From the human T2T-CHM13v2.0 reference genome, Homo sapiens: a stretch of DNA of 64,000 bases. Shown here piece by piece: positions 29,028 through 40,860 of this stretch (the first letter of the stretch is position 1; the number at the start of each line of letters is the position of its first letter). Location of the stretch: assembly GCF_009914755.1 (NCBI RefSeq), contig NC_060937.1. One strand, 5' to 3'. Below the pieces are notes generated by a model that saw nothing but the letters and a program-made list of their open reading frames with translations, made no database searches and had not been told where the DNA came from. The translations under genes and the position numbers were made by a program.

Positions 29028-30583
29028 GTATTATCGGAAAATATAAAATAAACAGAAACCAACTTCATTATCCTCAAGAGCCTTGTCTATTTAAGAGCAG
29101 CTATCCACTTATTTCCAAACACACATACACACATTTATACAGACAGACACTTACACACCCATACACAACAAATGAGAAATCCACCATATCAAAAATTGAA
29201 AATTAATATACATATACATAATTAATGTTGAATAAGTGCAAAGTCAATTTCAAAATGTGTAACTTTATGTCAAATTATTTGATTTATTTGGAATGTAAAT
29301 GGAACTTTCACAGTAATAGTTTAATTCAGGTATTATATCATCATATCTATTTATGTAAATTGATTTTCTTAGTTGATTATCAGTAATGCTATTTCACAGT
29401 TTGGAAAAAGTAGATAGAAAACATCTTGGAAAAGTCAAATAAATAGTAACTGATCAAGAATGAGCAGAATTGAGTGTTGAACTGGATTTCTCCCATGCAT
29501 GCTGGCTGCTTGGAGTCATTTGATTTGAGAACCCATTATTAAAGTTGAGTATTTGTCACATTAGGTCCAGCTTTCCAAGACAGAAGTCAGGAATTCATTA
29601 TCCCAGATAGTAATCATTTACAATTTTTTAAAGGTCAAGAATGAAGGCATAGAGACTGCTGGGAATTCTGGTATTTGGCAATGGCGGTGGGGGGCTCTGG
29701 CTTTTGAGAGCAGTGGTGAAAAAGATTTGGGTACTGCAAAATACGGCACCCATGTCAGGTTGGTGAAGCAGAAAAGTCTCAATGGGACTTTCACTCAGTA
29801 TTTTTAGCATTTTCTTTGAAGGATCATGTGCAAGTCTCTGATTTTCTTTATAATTACTTTTTTTTTCTTCAAACTGCTAAAGTGGGTTTTCTTTATAGAA
29901 CTGACTCACTCCAATTACAAATTAGAAGAGAATGAGATGAAGAATTGAGGAAAGCTTAGGAAGTTTAAGTTTAGATTGGACAGGGGGTGATTATAAATAA
30001 GTGAGTGATGATTTGACATTTTATATGAGAATATTGGAAAACATAAGCAAATTTTCTCCTCTCCTATATCTAATTGGATTACTCAATCACATTATTATTT
30101 CTTTTTTATATGTCTATGTCCCCTTCCCTTTTCTTCTGCTAACTCATTGTTGCAGTAGTCTCCTTGATGATTTCTTGGCATTCAATCTAATCTTTATTCT
30201 TTATGTAAAAAAGTAAAATCTTTCTAAATAACCATATCAGGATGTCAATCACATGATTGAATTCATTTCTCTAGTCCAAATAAATAAAGTCATGAATAGA
30301 TAAATGAGTGATAGTATGTTGCCATCTGCAGTGGATCTTAACTGGTTCAACATATACTGGCAGCAAAACAAAGGAATAGTTTTGGTTGATTTAAAAAATA
30401 AGAATTTGCTTTTTTATCAATCACCATGTTTATTAACAGGTGTGACATGTCATTTCATGATATTAAATTGAATAATTACAGCATTTTATCTTTGTGTTCT
30501 AAATTTACAGTGAAAAATAACAACAAATTGTTTCTACTAACCAAAATTGTTTTGTTGTGTTTTATTGTAAACAATTTACACTA

Positions 30584-30872
30584 AGCCAGATGCAGTGGCT
30601 CACACCTATAATCCCAGCACTTTGGGAGGCCAAGGTGAGAGAATTACTTGAGCCCAGGAGTTTGAGACTATCCTAAGCAACACAGCAAGACTCTATCTCT
30701 ACAAAAAGTTTTTTAAAAGCCACTGTGGTGGTGAATGCCTGTTGTCTCAGCTACTTGGGAGACTGAGTTGGGAGAACTGCTTGAGCCCAGCAGTTCAAGG
30801 CTGTAGTGAGCCATGATCTTGCCACTGTACTCCTGGGCAACAGAGCAAGATCCTCTTTCAAAAGAAAAAAAA
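30584..30872 (+). mobile_element. AluJ SINE
   Basis: cttgagcccaggagtttgagac and aggctgtagtgagccatgat J diagnostics. Confidence 0.92.
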
Positions 30873-32080
30873 TCCTTAAAAATCTTATTTTTATTAACAT
30901 TTTATTTTCTTTGAATTTACTGCTATTTTTGTAGTAAAATGTACCTACAAAAACATTGTTATTTTAATCTACTAAAGGAATTATTTTTGTTTTAATACAT
31001 TTGGATGCCAAAGCAATAAAATGTACTCCTGACATTACTAATGCAAATGGTATGCCTTTAACATGAATCTAAATGGTAAATAGAATTACAGAATACTTGA
31101 AAGTATAACTATTCTTTTTTATGTATAATGATATTCTTGGGTGATAAAAAGCTTTTTTTTTTGTTTGTTTCAACCATAATGAAGTTCCTGTTTCAGTGTA
31201 ATATGTAAAGCAGGCTTATTCAAAAGCATGGAAAGAACCAGTGTAAATTCCTGAACAAAATATTTCAAAAGGTTCTATATTCTAGAATTACCTTGCTAAG
31301 TTTACATGCATCTCTCTCTATCATGATCCCTATACACCTGCTGAAAACATTTTATGCCCCTTTTTGAAAGTACTTTTTGAGTTGATTTATGCATTAACTC
31401 CCTTTCTACTACTACAAGAGCAAAGAAAACACCCTGTACAAAGCCTTATTTGAACACCTCAGCTACATAAAAATGCTTACAGTATTCACTAATCCTACCA
31501 CTCACTTTTTGTATATCACATACAATACTATATCATTAATCTGTAGATATAAAAAGTAATGTTTCTCAAAAATCATATGATAAACTTCAGGAACACAAAC
31601 ACTAGATCTAAAACTTGTTTGATTTCCAGGCAATAAAATTTATTGCTGTTTATAGTAAATAAAACTTAAGTCAGGGCTACAATAGTTTTGTTATATTTAT
31701 TTTCTTATTTAATTAAAAATCACTTCATGGTATGAATATCAATATCCCCACAGTGATAAAAACTAATCACTATAATTTTTGAAGATATTTCCTTAAAGTG
31801 ATACCATGAAGAGAGTTAGGATCGGAAGGCTAATCCTGTGCTTCTCCTGCTAAAATTTATGGCCTCAGGATTGAAGGTTTTCTTACAAAAGGATGAGTTT
31901 TCCCTATCTCATGTTCCAAAGATTCTCAATGCCTGAGTACACAAATTTTAAGAACAAAAGACCCTAAATTTATTAATTATTATTATTTTCTTACCTGTTG
32001 GTTTCTGCTTGAGAGGCCTAATTTGCTTCTTCAGCCTGGGAATTTAAATTTTCTTCCATGGCAGGAAACAAAGGTCATAA

Positions 32081-33624
32081 TGTGTCCGGAATTGGTGGGT
32101 TCTTGGTCTCACTGACTTCAAGCATGAAGCCACGCCCCTCGCGGTGAGTGTTACAGCTCTTAAGATGGCGCGTCTGGAATTTGTTCCTTCTGATGTTAAG
32201 ATGTTTTCGGAGTTTCTTCCTTCTGGTGGGTTCGTGGTCTCGCTGGCTCAGGAGTGAAGCTGCAGACCTTCGCGGTGAGTGTTACAGCTCTTAAGGCGGC
32301 GCCTCTGGAGTTGTTTGTTCCTCCAGGTGGGCTCGTGGTCTCGCTGGCTTCAGGAGTGAAGCTGCAGACCTTCGCGGTGAGTGTTACAGCTCTTAAGGCA
32401 GGGCCTCTGGAGTTGTTCCTTCCTCCAGGTGGGCTCGTGGTCTCACTGGCTTCAGGAGTGAAGCTGCAGACCTTCGCGGTGAGTGTTACAGCTCATAAAA
32501 GCAGAGTGGACCCAAAGAGTGAGCAGTAGCAAGATTTATTGCAAAGAGCGAAAGAACAAAGCTTCCACAGTGTAGAAGGGGACCTGAGCAGGTTGCAACT
32601 GCTGGCTCTGGCAGCCTGCTTTTATTCTCTTATCTGCCCCCCGCCAACCCCCGCCATCCACATCCTGCTGATTGGTAGAGCCCAGTGGTCTGTTTTGACA
32701 GGGCACTGATTGGTGCTTTTACAATCCCTGAGCTAGACACAAAGGTTCTCCCCTTCCCCACCAGATTAGCTAGATACAGAGTGTGGACACAAAGGTTCTC
32801 CAAGGCCCCACCAGAGTAGCTAGATACAGAGTGTCGATTGGTGCATTTACAAACCCTGAGCTGGACACAGGGTGCTGATTGGTGTGTTTACAAACCTTGA
32901 GCTAGATACAGAGTGCCGACTGGTGAATTTACAATCCCTGAGCTAGACATAAAGGTTCTCTACGTCCCCACCAGACTCAGGAGCCCAGCTGGCTTCACCC
33001 AGTGGATCCCGCACCGGGGCTACCGGTGGAGCTGCCTGCCAGTCCCGTGCCCTGCGCCCGCACAATTCAGCCCTTGGGTGGTTGATGGGACTGGGCGCTG
33101 TGGAGCAGGGGGCGGCGATCATCGGGGAGGCTCCGGCCGCACAGGAGCCCACGGAGGGGATGGGAGGCTCAGGCATGGCGGGCTGCAGGTCCCAAGCCCT
33201 GCCCCGCGGGAAGGCAGCTAAGGACCGGCGTGAAATCAAGTGCAGCGCCGGTGGGCTGGCACTGCTTGGGGACCCAGTACACCCTCCGCAGCTGCTGGCC
33301 TGGGTGCTAAGCCCCTCATTGCCCGGGGCGGCAGGGCGGGCCGGCTGCTCCGGGTGCGGGGCCGGCCAAGCCCACGCCCACCCGGAACTCCAGCTGGCCA
33401 GCAAGCGCCTGGGGCAGCCCGGGTTCCCGCTCACGCCTCTCCCTCCACACCTCCCTGCAAGCTGAGGGAGCCGGCTCCGGCCTTGGCCAGCCGAGAAAGG
33501 GGCTCCCACAGTGCAGTGGTGGGCTGAAGGGCTCCTCAAGTGCCTCCAAAGTGGGAGCCCAGGCAGAGGAGGCGCCCAGAGCGAGCGAGGGCTCTGAGGA
33601 CTGCCAGCACGCTGTCACCTCTCA
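32081..33624 (-). mobile_element. LTR12C (ERV9) solo LTR
   Basis: The reverse complement begins TGAGAGGTGACAGCGTGCTGGCAG and ends CCAATTCCGGACACA; perfect TSD ataa (32077, 33625); U3 CCAAT/GATA repeats and U5 ~102 bp tandem units. Confidence 0.97.
32590..32950 (-). promoter_or_regulatory. LTR12C NF-Y/GATA enhancer-promoter oriented leftward
   Basis: Four ATTGG (CCAAT on -) boxes at ~32670, 32709, 32837 and 32878, several AGATA sites, and an AATAAAA TATA-like box on - at ~32620-32626. Confidence 0.6.
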
Positions 33625-33764
33625 ATAATACAAAACTCCTTCACTTGCTTCATTTCCATAGGGATATGACAATAGTTCTAAATCTTATTTTAAATCACAA
33701 CGAAAAATCTTTGGACTTCAGTTTTTCATTATTTCAAAAATTATGTATTCAATAAATATTTGCA

Positions 33765-34122
33765 GGCCAAGCATGGCGGCTTACACATAGAATCCCAGCA
33801 CTTCGGAAGGCTGAGACAGGAGTGTTGCTTCAGATTAGTAATTCAAGATCAGCCTGGGCAACATAGGCAGAATTCATCTGAAAAAAAAAAAAAAGAAAAG
33901 AAAAGAGAGAGAGAGAGAAAGAGAGAGAAAGGGAGGAAGGAAGGAAGAGAGGGAGGGAAGGGTTAGCCTAGTCTGGTGGCATACACCTATAGTCCTAGCT
34001 ACTTGAGAGGCTTGAGGTAGGAGAATTGTTCGAGTCCAGAAATTTGAGGGTACAGTGAGCTACGATCATGTCACTGCACTCCAGCCTGAGTGACAGAGCA
34101 AAACCCTGTCTCTAAAAAAAAA
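33765..34122 (+). mobile_element. AluJ SINE with GA-rich expansion of the central linker
   Basis: Left arm 33765-33880, purine tract 33880-33962, right arm to ~34113. Confidence 0.9.
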
Positions 34123-34731
34123 TGCAAAATAAATAGTTAAGTTTTAATTAAATGAATGAGTAATTTCTAGTATTTCTATATGTTTACTATTATTATATGA
34201 GTTAAAGACCAGATATTATTTCCCACCATAACTATTGAAAGTGAAACTTTTAATTGGTTCATATATATAACAGATATCTTTGGTCTATCTTTTTAGGACA
34301 TTTAGATCTGCAATTTATTAAATATGTGATAATGGCCAGTTGCTAAACCTCCCTTAATTCAAAATTTCATATATAAAATTTTGAAAAATAGCACCTAAGA
34401 TTAGTAACTATTTTTAAATAATAAAATCAAATTGACTAATGCATATAAGAGCTTAACAAGTTAATTAATTTTCCATTCATTCATTTCTTTGTGAAAGAAC
34501 TAGAAAATGATGTTATACCAGGTATGAGCTAGGAAAGAATTCTCATGTTTTAGTATATTTGCATTCTCAAAGGTTCTTCAATTTAAATTAGACATATGCT
34601 ATCATTTTACAGTGACATAAAACAGGTATAGAAGAATCACATGCAAGGAAAAATAATGTGACTTGCATGTTAGCATTTAATCTTGCCACTTTTTTACATT
34701 CTCTGTCAATATATCTTCACATTTAAGAAAC

Positions 34732-34971
34732 AGTTGTGTTTGGGGGTTTTGGGTGGTTTTAGTCTACCAGGCAACTTCTCCCTATAGGTTTGATCCACAT
34801 CAAAGTTGAATCTCAGATACCATCTAGTGTTCAAGCAGTTTATTCTGGCAGCACCCAGAAGATGCATAGCAGGAGCAGACCGGCAACATAAGCCAGGTAC
34901 AGTCAGGGGTTCAGATGACTAACTGTCAGGAGAGTCTCTGTCTGGAGACCAATTTCAGAGTTTGGGTAACA
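34732..34971 (-). mobile_element. Short 3' LTR of an ERV-L-class element (MER73/MER74/MER54-like)
   Basis: On -: polypurine tract AAAAGAAAGGGGAAAG, then TGTTACCC..., with AATAAACTGCTTGAACA polyA region. Subfamily is tentative. Confidence 0.65.
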
Positions 34972-37881
34972 CTTTCCCCTTTCTTTTACCTGTATTCAGT
35001 CCAGGTCAGTTACCAGGTATTTCTGTCATAAAGGGAATCTAAGCTCTTCTTGCAAGGATAGCTTTGTGAGCTTCTGTGCTAAGATCATTCGTGAAAAGTT
35101 CTGGAGAAGCCACAATTGGATGTGGAATATCTGGCCACCTGAAGCAACAAAAGGCAATAGGCATGCTAGGGTTTGGAAAACACTATTACATAGAAAGGCA
35201 AAAGAAGTTGAACAGGGTTGATGGCAGCAGGTTGGAGTTGTCTTGACTGCACAGAAATGGCAGACCAGTGTGGAGCACAAAGACCAGGTGGTTTCAGAAC
35301 TTCATAGTAAGGTCTGGAAACACTATGCACTGGAGGTGATGTCACAGATGCAAAGCTTGCTTGTGGAGATTGACCAATCAAACCAAAGTTTCAGGTCTTG
35401 TCCATTCCAGAATACTGCCAAGTACAACTGAGATGCCAAGTGTTTACAGGCATACAGGCCATAGAAATGATGCTGTAGGTGGTCCAAGAAAATACTGGGC
35501 AAATACACCAGTAAAATTCTTGCCAGGCAGTGATGAAGTTGGGGTTAGTAGGACAAGCGGTGCAACCATCCTGGGCACAGCACGGATGATAGCAGTAAAG
35601 GTATCTTCCAACAGGTAGAAAGTCTGTGCTTAATATTCATCATGCACGTGACAAAGCAAGGGACCTGGCAATGCTGGATAAGTGTGGAGGTACACTGGTA
35701 GTGACCTCCCTGAAGTGAATTTGTGAGGACAAGGCATAGAAGTGATTGTTCATGAAGCAGCTCCTTGCAGATGGGAAAGACCTGAGCTGGGGTTACGAGC
35801 TGCATGAATGTAGAAAAAGCTCTTTGCCTGTAAAGTTGCTACAACATTGGAAGAGTCTGAATAAAAGCTAAGAAGAAAGATGAGGGAGTGTCTGTGGAAG
35901 CTGATCAGAAGGGAATCTTTGCTATGTGCTGGTGTGTTGGAAGAAAGTGGAATTTTTGTAAGCAGAGATGAAGGCACATGACACAGGGAGGCCAAATATG
36001 GTTAAGCAACCAGTGATATTAGCCCACAGCATCATTCACCTGGTAGAGTCTGAGGGGAGGGAAAGAAGTAACCATGATGTCCCAGTTTCCACGTATCACA
36101 AGAATGACACAGGCATCAGGGATATGGTGCTGTGAGGTCTGTATTGCAGCAAGTGCCTTCCTCCACTAGTAATTGTTAGCATTTTGCCAACCCAGTGGTG
36201 GGGGCCCCACAGAGTAAACAATCAAAGTGAAAAGATCAGTTCAATCTGGGCAAAACTCTCCTAAGTAACACAGTAGAATTCTATCAGTGCAGGGCCGACA
36301 AGGGGACACTGCCAAGTCAGGCCACTCCGGAAGGGGCTTCGGGAGATGAATCTACAGAAGGTCTGATTGGTCCCAGTGCAGAAGCATGGCAATGGTGTTT
36401 GAGAGTTGGTAATTGGGACAGTATATGGGAACACAACTCATGAGCTTCCTGATAGTAGGAGTGGGAGCACAGGGCAGGGTATGACTTTCAAGAGTGGAGA
36501 TGTAATCATGCTGATATTTTAGTAAGATGAGCAGAGCCTTGTCTTCACTGATCAGTTATTGAATTTTTGGTGGTAATGACCCAAAGGGTACTCATTGGCA
36601 CAGGGGAGGCAGTTGCTGATCTGGGGTTTGTGGCAGATGAGGTGAAATTAGTAGTAACCAAACCACAAAGTGGAAGGCCCCTACAGAAAGGTTCCCAATG
36701 TTGAGCATTGTGCAGAGTGTTATCATCACAATTGTTCCACAGCCCACAGAAGAGGAGGCTCAGAAGGAAAAATGCTAATAAGCAAAAGCAGTGGTGTCAA
36801 TAGCAAGAGCAAGGATATGTCTATCTACGGGTCCAAATATTATTTGCCCATGTTAACTTACTGTGATAAACAAAGGTCAGGCAATGAGCTTCTAAGAATT
36901 TTAGGCTCAATGTGTTCCCGTGGCTGCCAGTAATTGGCTTGCTTTCAATAAGAGTTGATTCCAGAGTTGGTTTTCAGAGGACTTTGCATGGCAGCAACGT
37001 GGTGGGCACCATATCTGGAGGTAGAATCGTGTAGGGTGGCCAGTAGCACGTTCATTCTGGTAGTAACATTAACTGGAGGAAGAGAGTTAAGGAGCCTTTG
37101 AAGGGATGCTGTGTCCATGGGAGGGTGGCCCAAAGTTGTGGGGAGCATCCCCAAGGGGACAGACAAGGGGAAACATTAGTTGAGGGCCCCTGTCCTGGGG
37201 CCAGCAACAACAGCTGTGGCAACATCAAAATCCAGTTGTTCCACATTGGGATAGGCAGGGCAGAGTAAAGGACAAGGCAGAAAGTTTGAAAATACAACAA
37301 GTCCTTGGAGATGAGGAGTAGCAGGCCCCAGTGTGTAGCTGTTAATATGGGCCAGCACCAGGAGCAGATGTTGGTCAAGAATGAGTCCAGCAGCCAGCTT
37401 ATTCTCGAAGAAGGACCTTCTTCACTAGCCCATTTATGCTCTCAGTTAGTCCAGCTGTCTGTTGTCTGCTGGTATGGGAGTGAGAGGTCCAAGTGATGCT
37501 ACTCCAAGTTGATAGTTGAGCTTGTCTGAGATGCCCCAAAATCAGGTGTGTACAGGATAAGACAGCTGGTTCAGGTACCTTATTCTCTACCGCAAGGGCA
37601 GAAATGTGGGTAAGCTCATCAACCTTTTTCATATATTTAGAGACAAGATCTTGGCAACTGATATGAGCCTAGACATAGAACATGAAGATAGGCCACATGG
37701 TGCAGATACCAGCAATGCATCGCCAAAGGGAAGCACCCCACAATGCCAGTCATGGATTGTCTACTCTGAGGCCACTCAGCTACTAGACCATACAGCTAAG
37801 CTATTGGCCACAGCTCGGTCATTGGTAAAGATGTGAATTTCAGGATGGCCTCGGATGGTAGACTGTTCATAAGCCAGAGCA
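34972..37881 (-). pseudogene. ERV-L-class internal remnant: RNase H, partial integrase and a ~1.7-2 kb post-pol segment
   Basis: On -: HPEIHIFTNDRAVANSLAVWS (ERV-L RNase H YTDSWAVANGLAGWS-like) at ~37790-37850 and WTSHSHTSRQQTAGLTESINGLVK (integrase HPQAAGLIERWNGLLK-like) in ORF 37399-37632. Confidence 0.82.
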
Positions 37882-39783
37882 TTTCAATCTGTTCATTTTT
37901 TTATAACTGGAGTTTTTTTTTTTACTTTTATACCAATGTTTCATTTTGAGGAGTAGTGTAAAATCTGGCACATCAAACTCATGATCTCATGACTATTACA
38001 GCTTAACATATGATGAATTAAACATAAGTTGAATTTAAAAAGTACCTAAGAAATGGTGGTAGCCTATAAATATGAGTTGTGTATAAGAATGACTGAAGAT
38101 AAGGAAATACCTAAGATATTAGAATAATTTTTAATATTATACCTGGCATGCAAGAAAAGCTCAGCAGTATGTCAAGGAAATTAATAAAGAGCAACAAAAC
38201 ACTTTCTTATAGATTATTTTATTTACTCCTGAAGAAAACACACATTTTTATGTATTCTTAAGCCCAATTTTCTGAATTCATCTTCTGTAAAGACACAAGT
38301 TTAATATATTGTATCTTTGGTTACTGGTAAAATGCCTAGATATCCAGAGAACTAATAATTCAGCCATGTTACCCTGACATCAAGTTTGGTGCTCATTCTA
38401 TTGAACTAAATACACAAGATTTTGAGACTTATAACAAAATTTTTAAAGCAGAAGGAAACAGAAATGTTTCTACGGCAAATTACTTACATAAACTTATATC
38501 TGAAAAGGGGATGTGCAATGCCTCATGGCCAGCGATGGTAGGCACTGTTATATCAACAAGGAAAGAATCCTGATTGCAGTAGATGCTTTTTAAAACATGT
38601 ATTACTCCCATTTCTGCATTTAAATTTTTAGCAAACATTTTATGAGTAAATGTCAGAGTCTAAATGTAAGTGACTAGTTGTGATTAAACTTTCAAAGATT
38701 AAGTACATATTTCCTTATATGTACTTCTATTAAAAATAAAGATACACTGCCTCGAATGTAAGTTAAAGGCACCCCTGCTGGGAGGAAAGGACAAGAGAAC
38801 ATTAATATCGCACAGTTTGAAATGACAGAATATGGTGTAAATTTTTACTACAATTCAATTTATGGGACCAAATATTAATTTTTATAACCATGCTACCACC
38901 AAAATGGCATGCTCTGTATAGTATAAAATATGCTTACTCCTTGCTCCCAAAGTAGTATGAAAAGGAAGATTTTTAACAGAGGTACGTGTGCTATACAAGG
39001 AGTGGAGATTCTGCAGCATGTCATTTTGGGCAGCTACAATAGTCTCTCTGCCTGGATTGCCCTTAGCTATGCCTCACATTTTACTTCTCACAGACTATAG
39101 AATGTCTAATCTAATAGCTCAGAATTAAAATAACCCACCATTTAACCCTTCTTTCTTTATATAGGCCTAAAAGCATGAAAAGAGTCCCATGCAATCTATG
39201 TCAGAGTTCATTTCATCTCCTTAATTTGGGAGACACATGTATCACAAAACTTTTTTTTAAAAGAAAGTGTTGAAACTCAGTAATTTAGTTACTGAGGAAT
39301 AAGGGTATAAAGAGAGGAACCTTATATAATCACCAATTCAATTTTCTCAAAGAGAGACATAAGAAAAGTGTATTTATAAAATAAATGCAGAAATCAATAA
39401 GATAAAAATATGAGATCAGAATTCTTTGAGTTTCAAACATAATCATGAAATTCAGAAATACCATAAAATCATGGAACAAATAATTTAAATACCAAAAATC
39501 GAAAGCAGTCAGTTAGGGAAAACAAAGATAAAAAATACCACAGAACTCAGAAAAAACATCCGAAGCTCTCTAACCGCTGATAAAAAGACTAAAGATAATG
39601 TAAGATAATCTAGGATGTGAATAATATTTATTATAGCAATTAGAGAAGTAGTGAAGTAAAATTATCTATGAAAGATATGACAGTTCCTGAAAAGAAGTAC
39701 CAAAACTAACACTATGTAGAGAATAATAAAACTAAATTAAGGGAAAAGAAGTAAGTATAATGGATGTTAAGAATTATTAATGT

Positions 39784-39920
39784 GGCCAGGTGCGGTGGCT
39801 CATGCCTGTAATCTCAGCACTTTGGGAGACTGAGGTGAGTGGATCACTTGAGCCCAAGAGTTCAAGATCAGCCTGGGAAGCATGGCGAAACTCCATCTGT
39901 TTAAAAAAGAAAAAAACAAA
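39784..39920 (+). mobile_element. Alu left monomer (FLAM-C/AluJ fragment)
   Basis: Single ~120 bp arm followed by an A-rich tail. Confidence 0.9.
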
Positions 39921-40009
39921 ATGATTAGAAATGTATCAGATAATTAAGGAAAACAATAAAAAATGAGAAGTAGGCATCATCCTCTATGTAAGGAATATCT
40001 GAATAATGA

Positions 40010-40445
40010 TGATCATAGTGGCTACAGACTATTCCATTTTTGCCACGTGCCAGGAGCTATATTCTAAGCAAAATTTATAGGTGTATTCTTTAATACTGAA
40101 AAAAATCTTATGAGGTGGGTGATGTTTCGGTTGAGATCAAGGAAGGAGTCTGAGCCAGATTATTTCAACTTGAATTCCAATTTTGCCACTTACTGGTTGT
40201 GCAATCTGTATAAGTTACCTAAACTTTCCATTTCTCAGTTTCTTTCTCTTTATTTCTCATCAGATTGTTATGAGGAATAAATAAGTTGTCAGGTGAAAAT
40301 TGCCTGGAATGAGAAGCAACATATAGTAAGCAATGTCAAAATATCAACTTGTCATTATAATCACTATTATTATTTCATGCATATGAGGAGATTACATCAC
40401 CAATCACAGAGAAGTAAAATAGCTTGCCTAATTTTATAAAACTAG
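40010..40445. mobile_element. Adjacent or nested MIR fragments
   Basis: tctgagccagattatttcaacttgaattcc...ccacttact...ctcagtttct (+) flanked by antisense MIR motifs. Confidence 0.55.
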
Positions 40446-40560
40446 CAAATAATTAATACAATAAATTTACATCTTTAGATTTTGGAGGAAAATATGCAGA
40501 TAAGAACAGCAAGCCATATACCTTTTCTAAAATTTATTTATTTCTAAAAATAAATATGAA

Positions 40561-40860
40561 GGTGCAGTTGCAGTGGCTCAGCCTGTAATCTCAGCACTTT
40601 GGAAGGCCAAGGCAGGAGGATTGCTTGAGGCCAGGAGTTCAAGACCAGCCTGGGCAACATAGTGAGATTCCCATCGCTACAATTTTTTTTCAATTAGCCA
40701 TGTGTAGTGGCATGTGCCTATAGACCTAGCTACTGGGGAGGCCGAGGCAGGAGGACTGCTTGAGCCCAGGAATTCAAGCCTGCAGTGAGCCATGATCATG
40801 TCACTGCACTCCAGCCTGAGTGACAGAGCAAGACACTGTATCTAAAAATAAAAAATGAAA
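40561..40860 (+). mobile_element. AluJ SINE
   Basis: ggaggattgcttgaggccaggagttcaagacc; near-TSD aaaataa(a/g)tatg. Confidence 0.93.

Noticed and set aside
29635-29758. Possible coding exon with one open frame (VKNEGIETAG...)
   Set aside because: Weak acceptor (aaag), no recognisable protein similarity and no partner exons.
32138-32495. Regularly spaced repeats resembling a CRISPR array
   Set aside because: The intervening sequences are near-identical (~102 bp units); these are the known LTR12 U5 tandem repeats, and there are no cas genes.
32943-33539. 198 aa GC-rich ORF and CpG island of a gene promoter
   Set aside because: It lies entirely within LTR12C U3, where GC content suppresses stop codons.
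34972-37881. Processed pseudogene of a cellular mRNA
   Set aside because: RNase H and integrase motifs plus a PPT-LTR junction show a retroviral origin; no polyA/TSD signature.
38701-38726. 10 bp-arm palindrome (similar 9 bp arms at ~49708-49730)
   Set aside because: Short AT-rich inverted repeats of this size are expected by chance in 64 kb.
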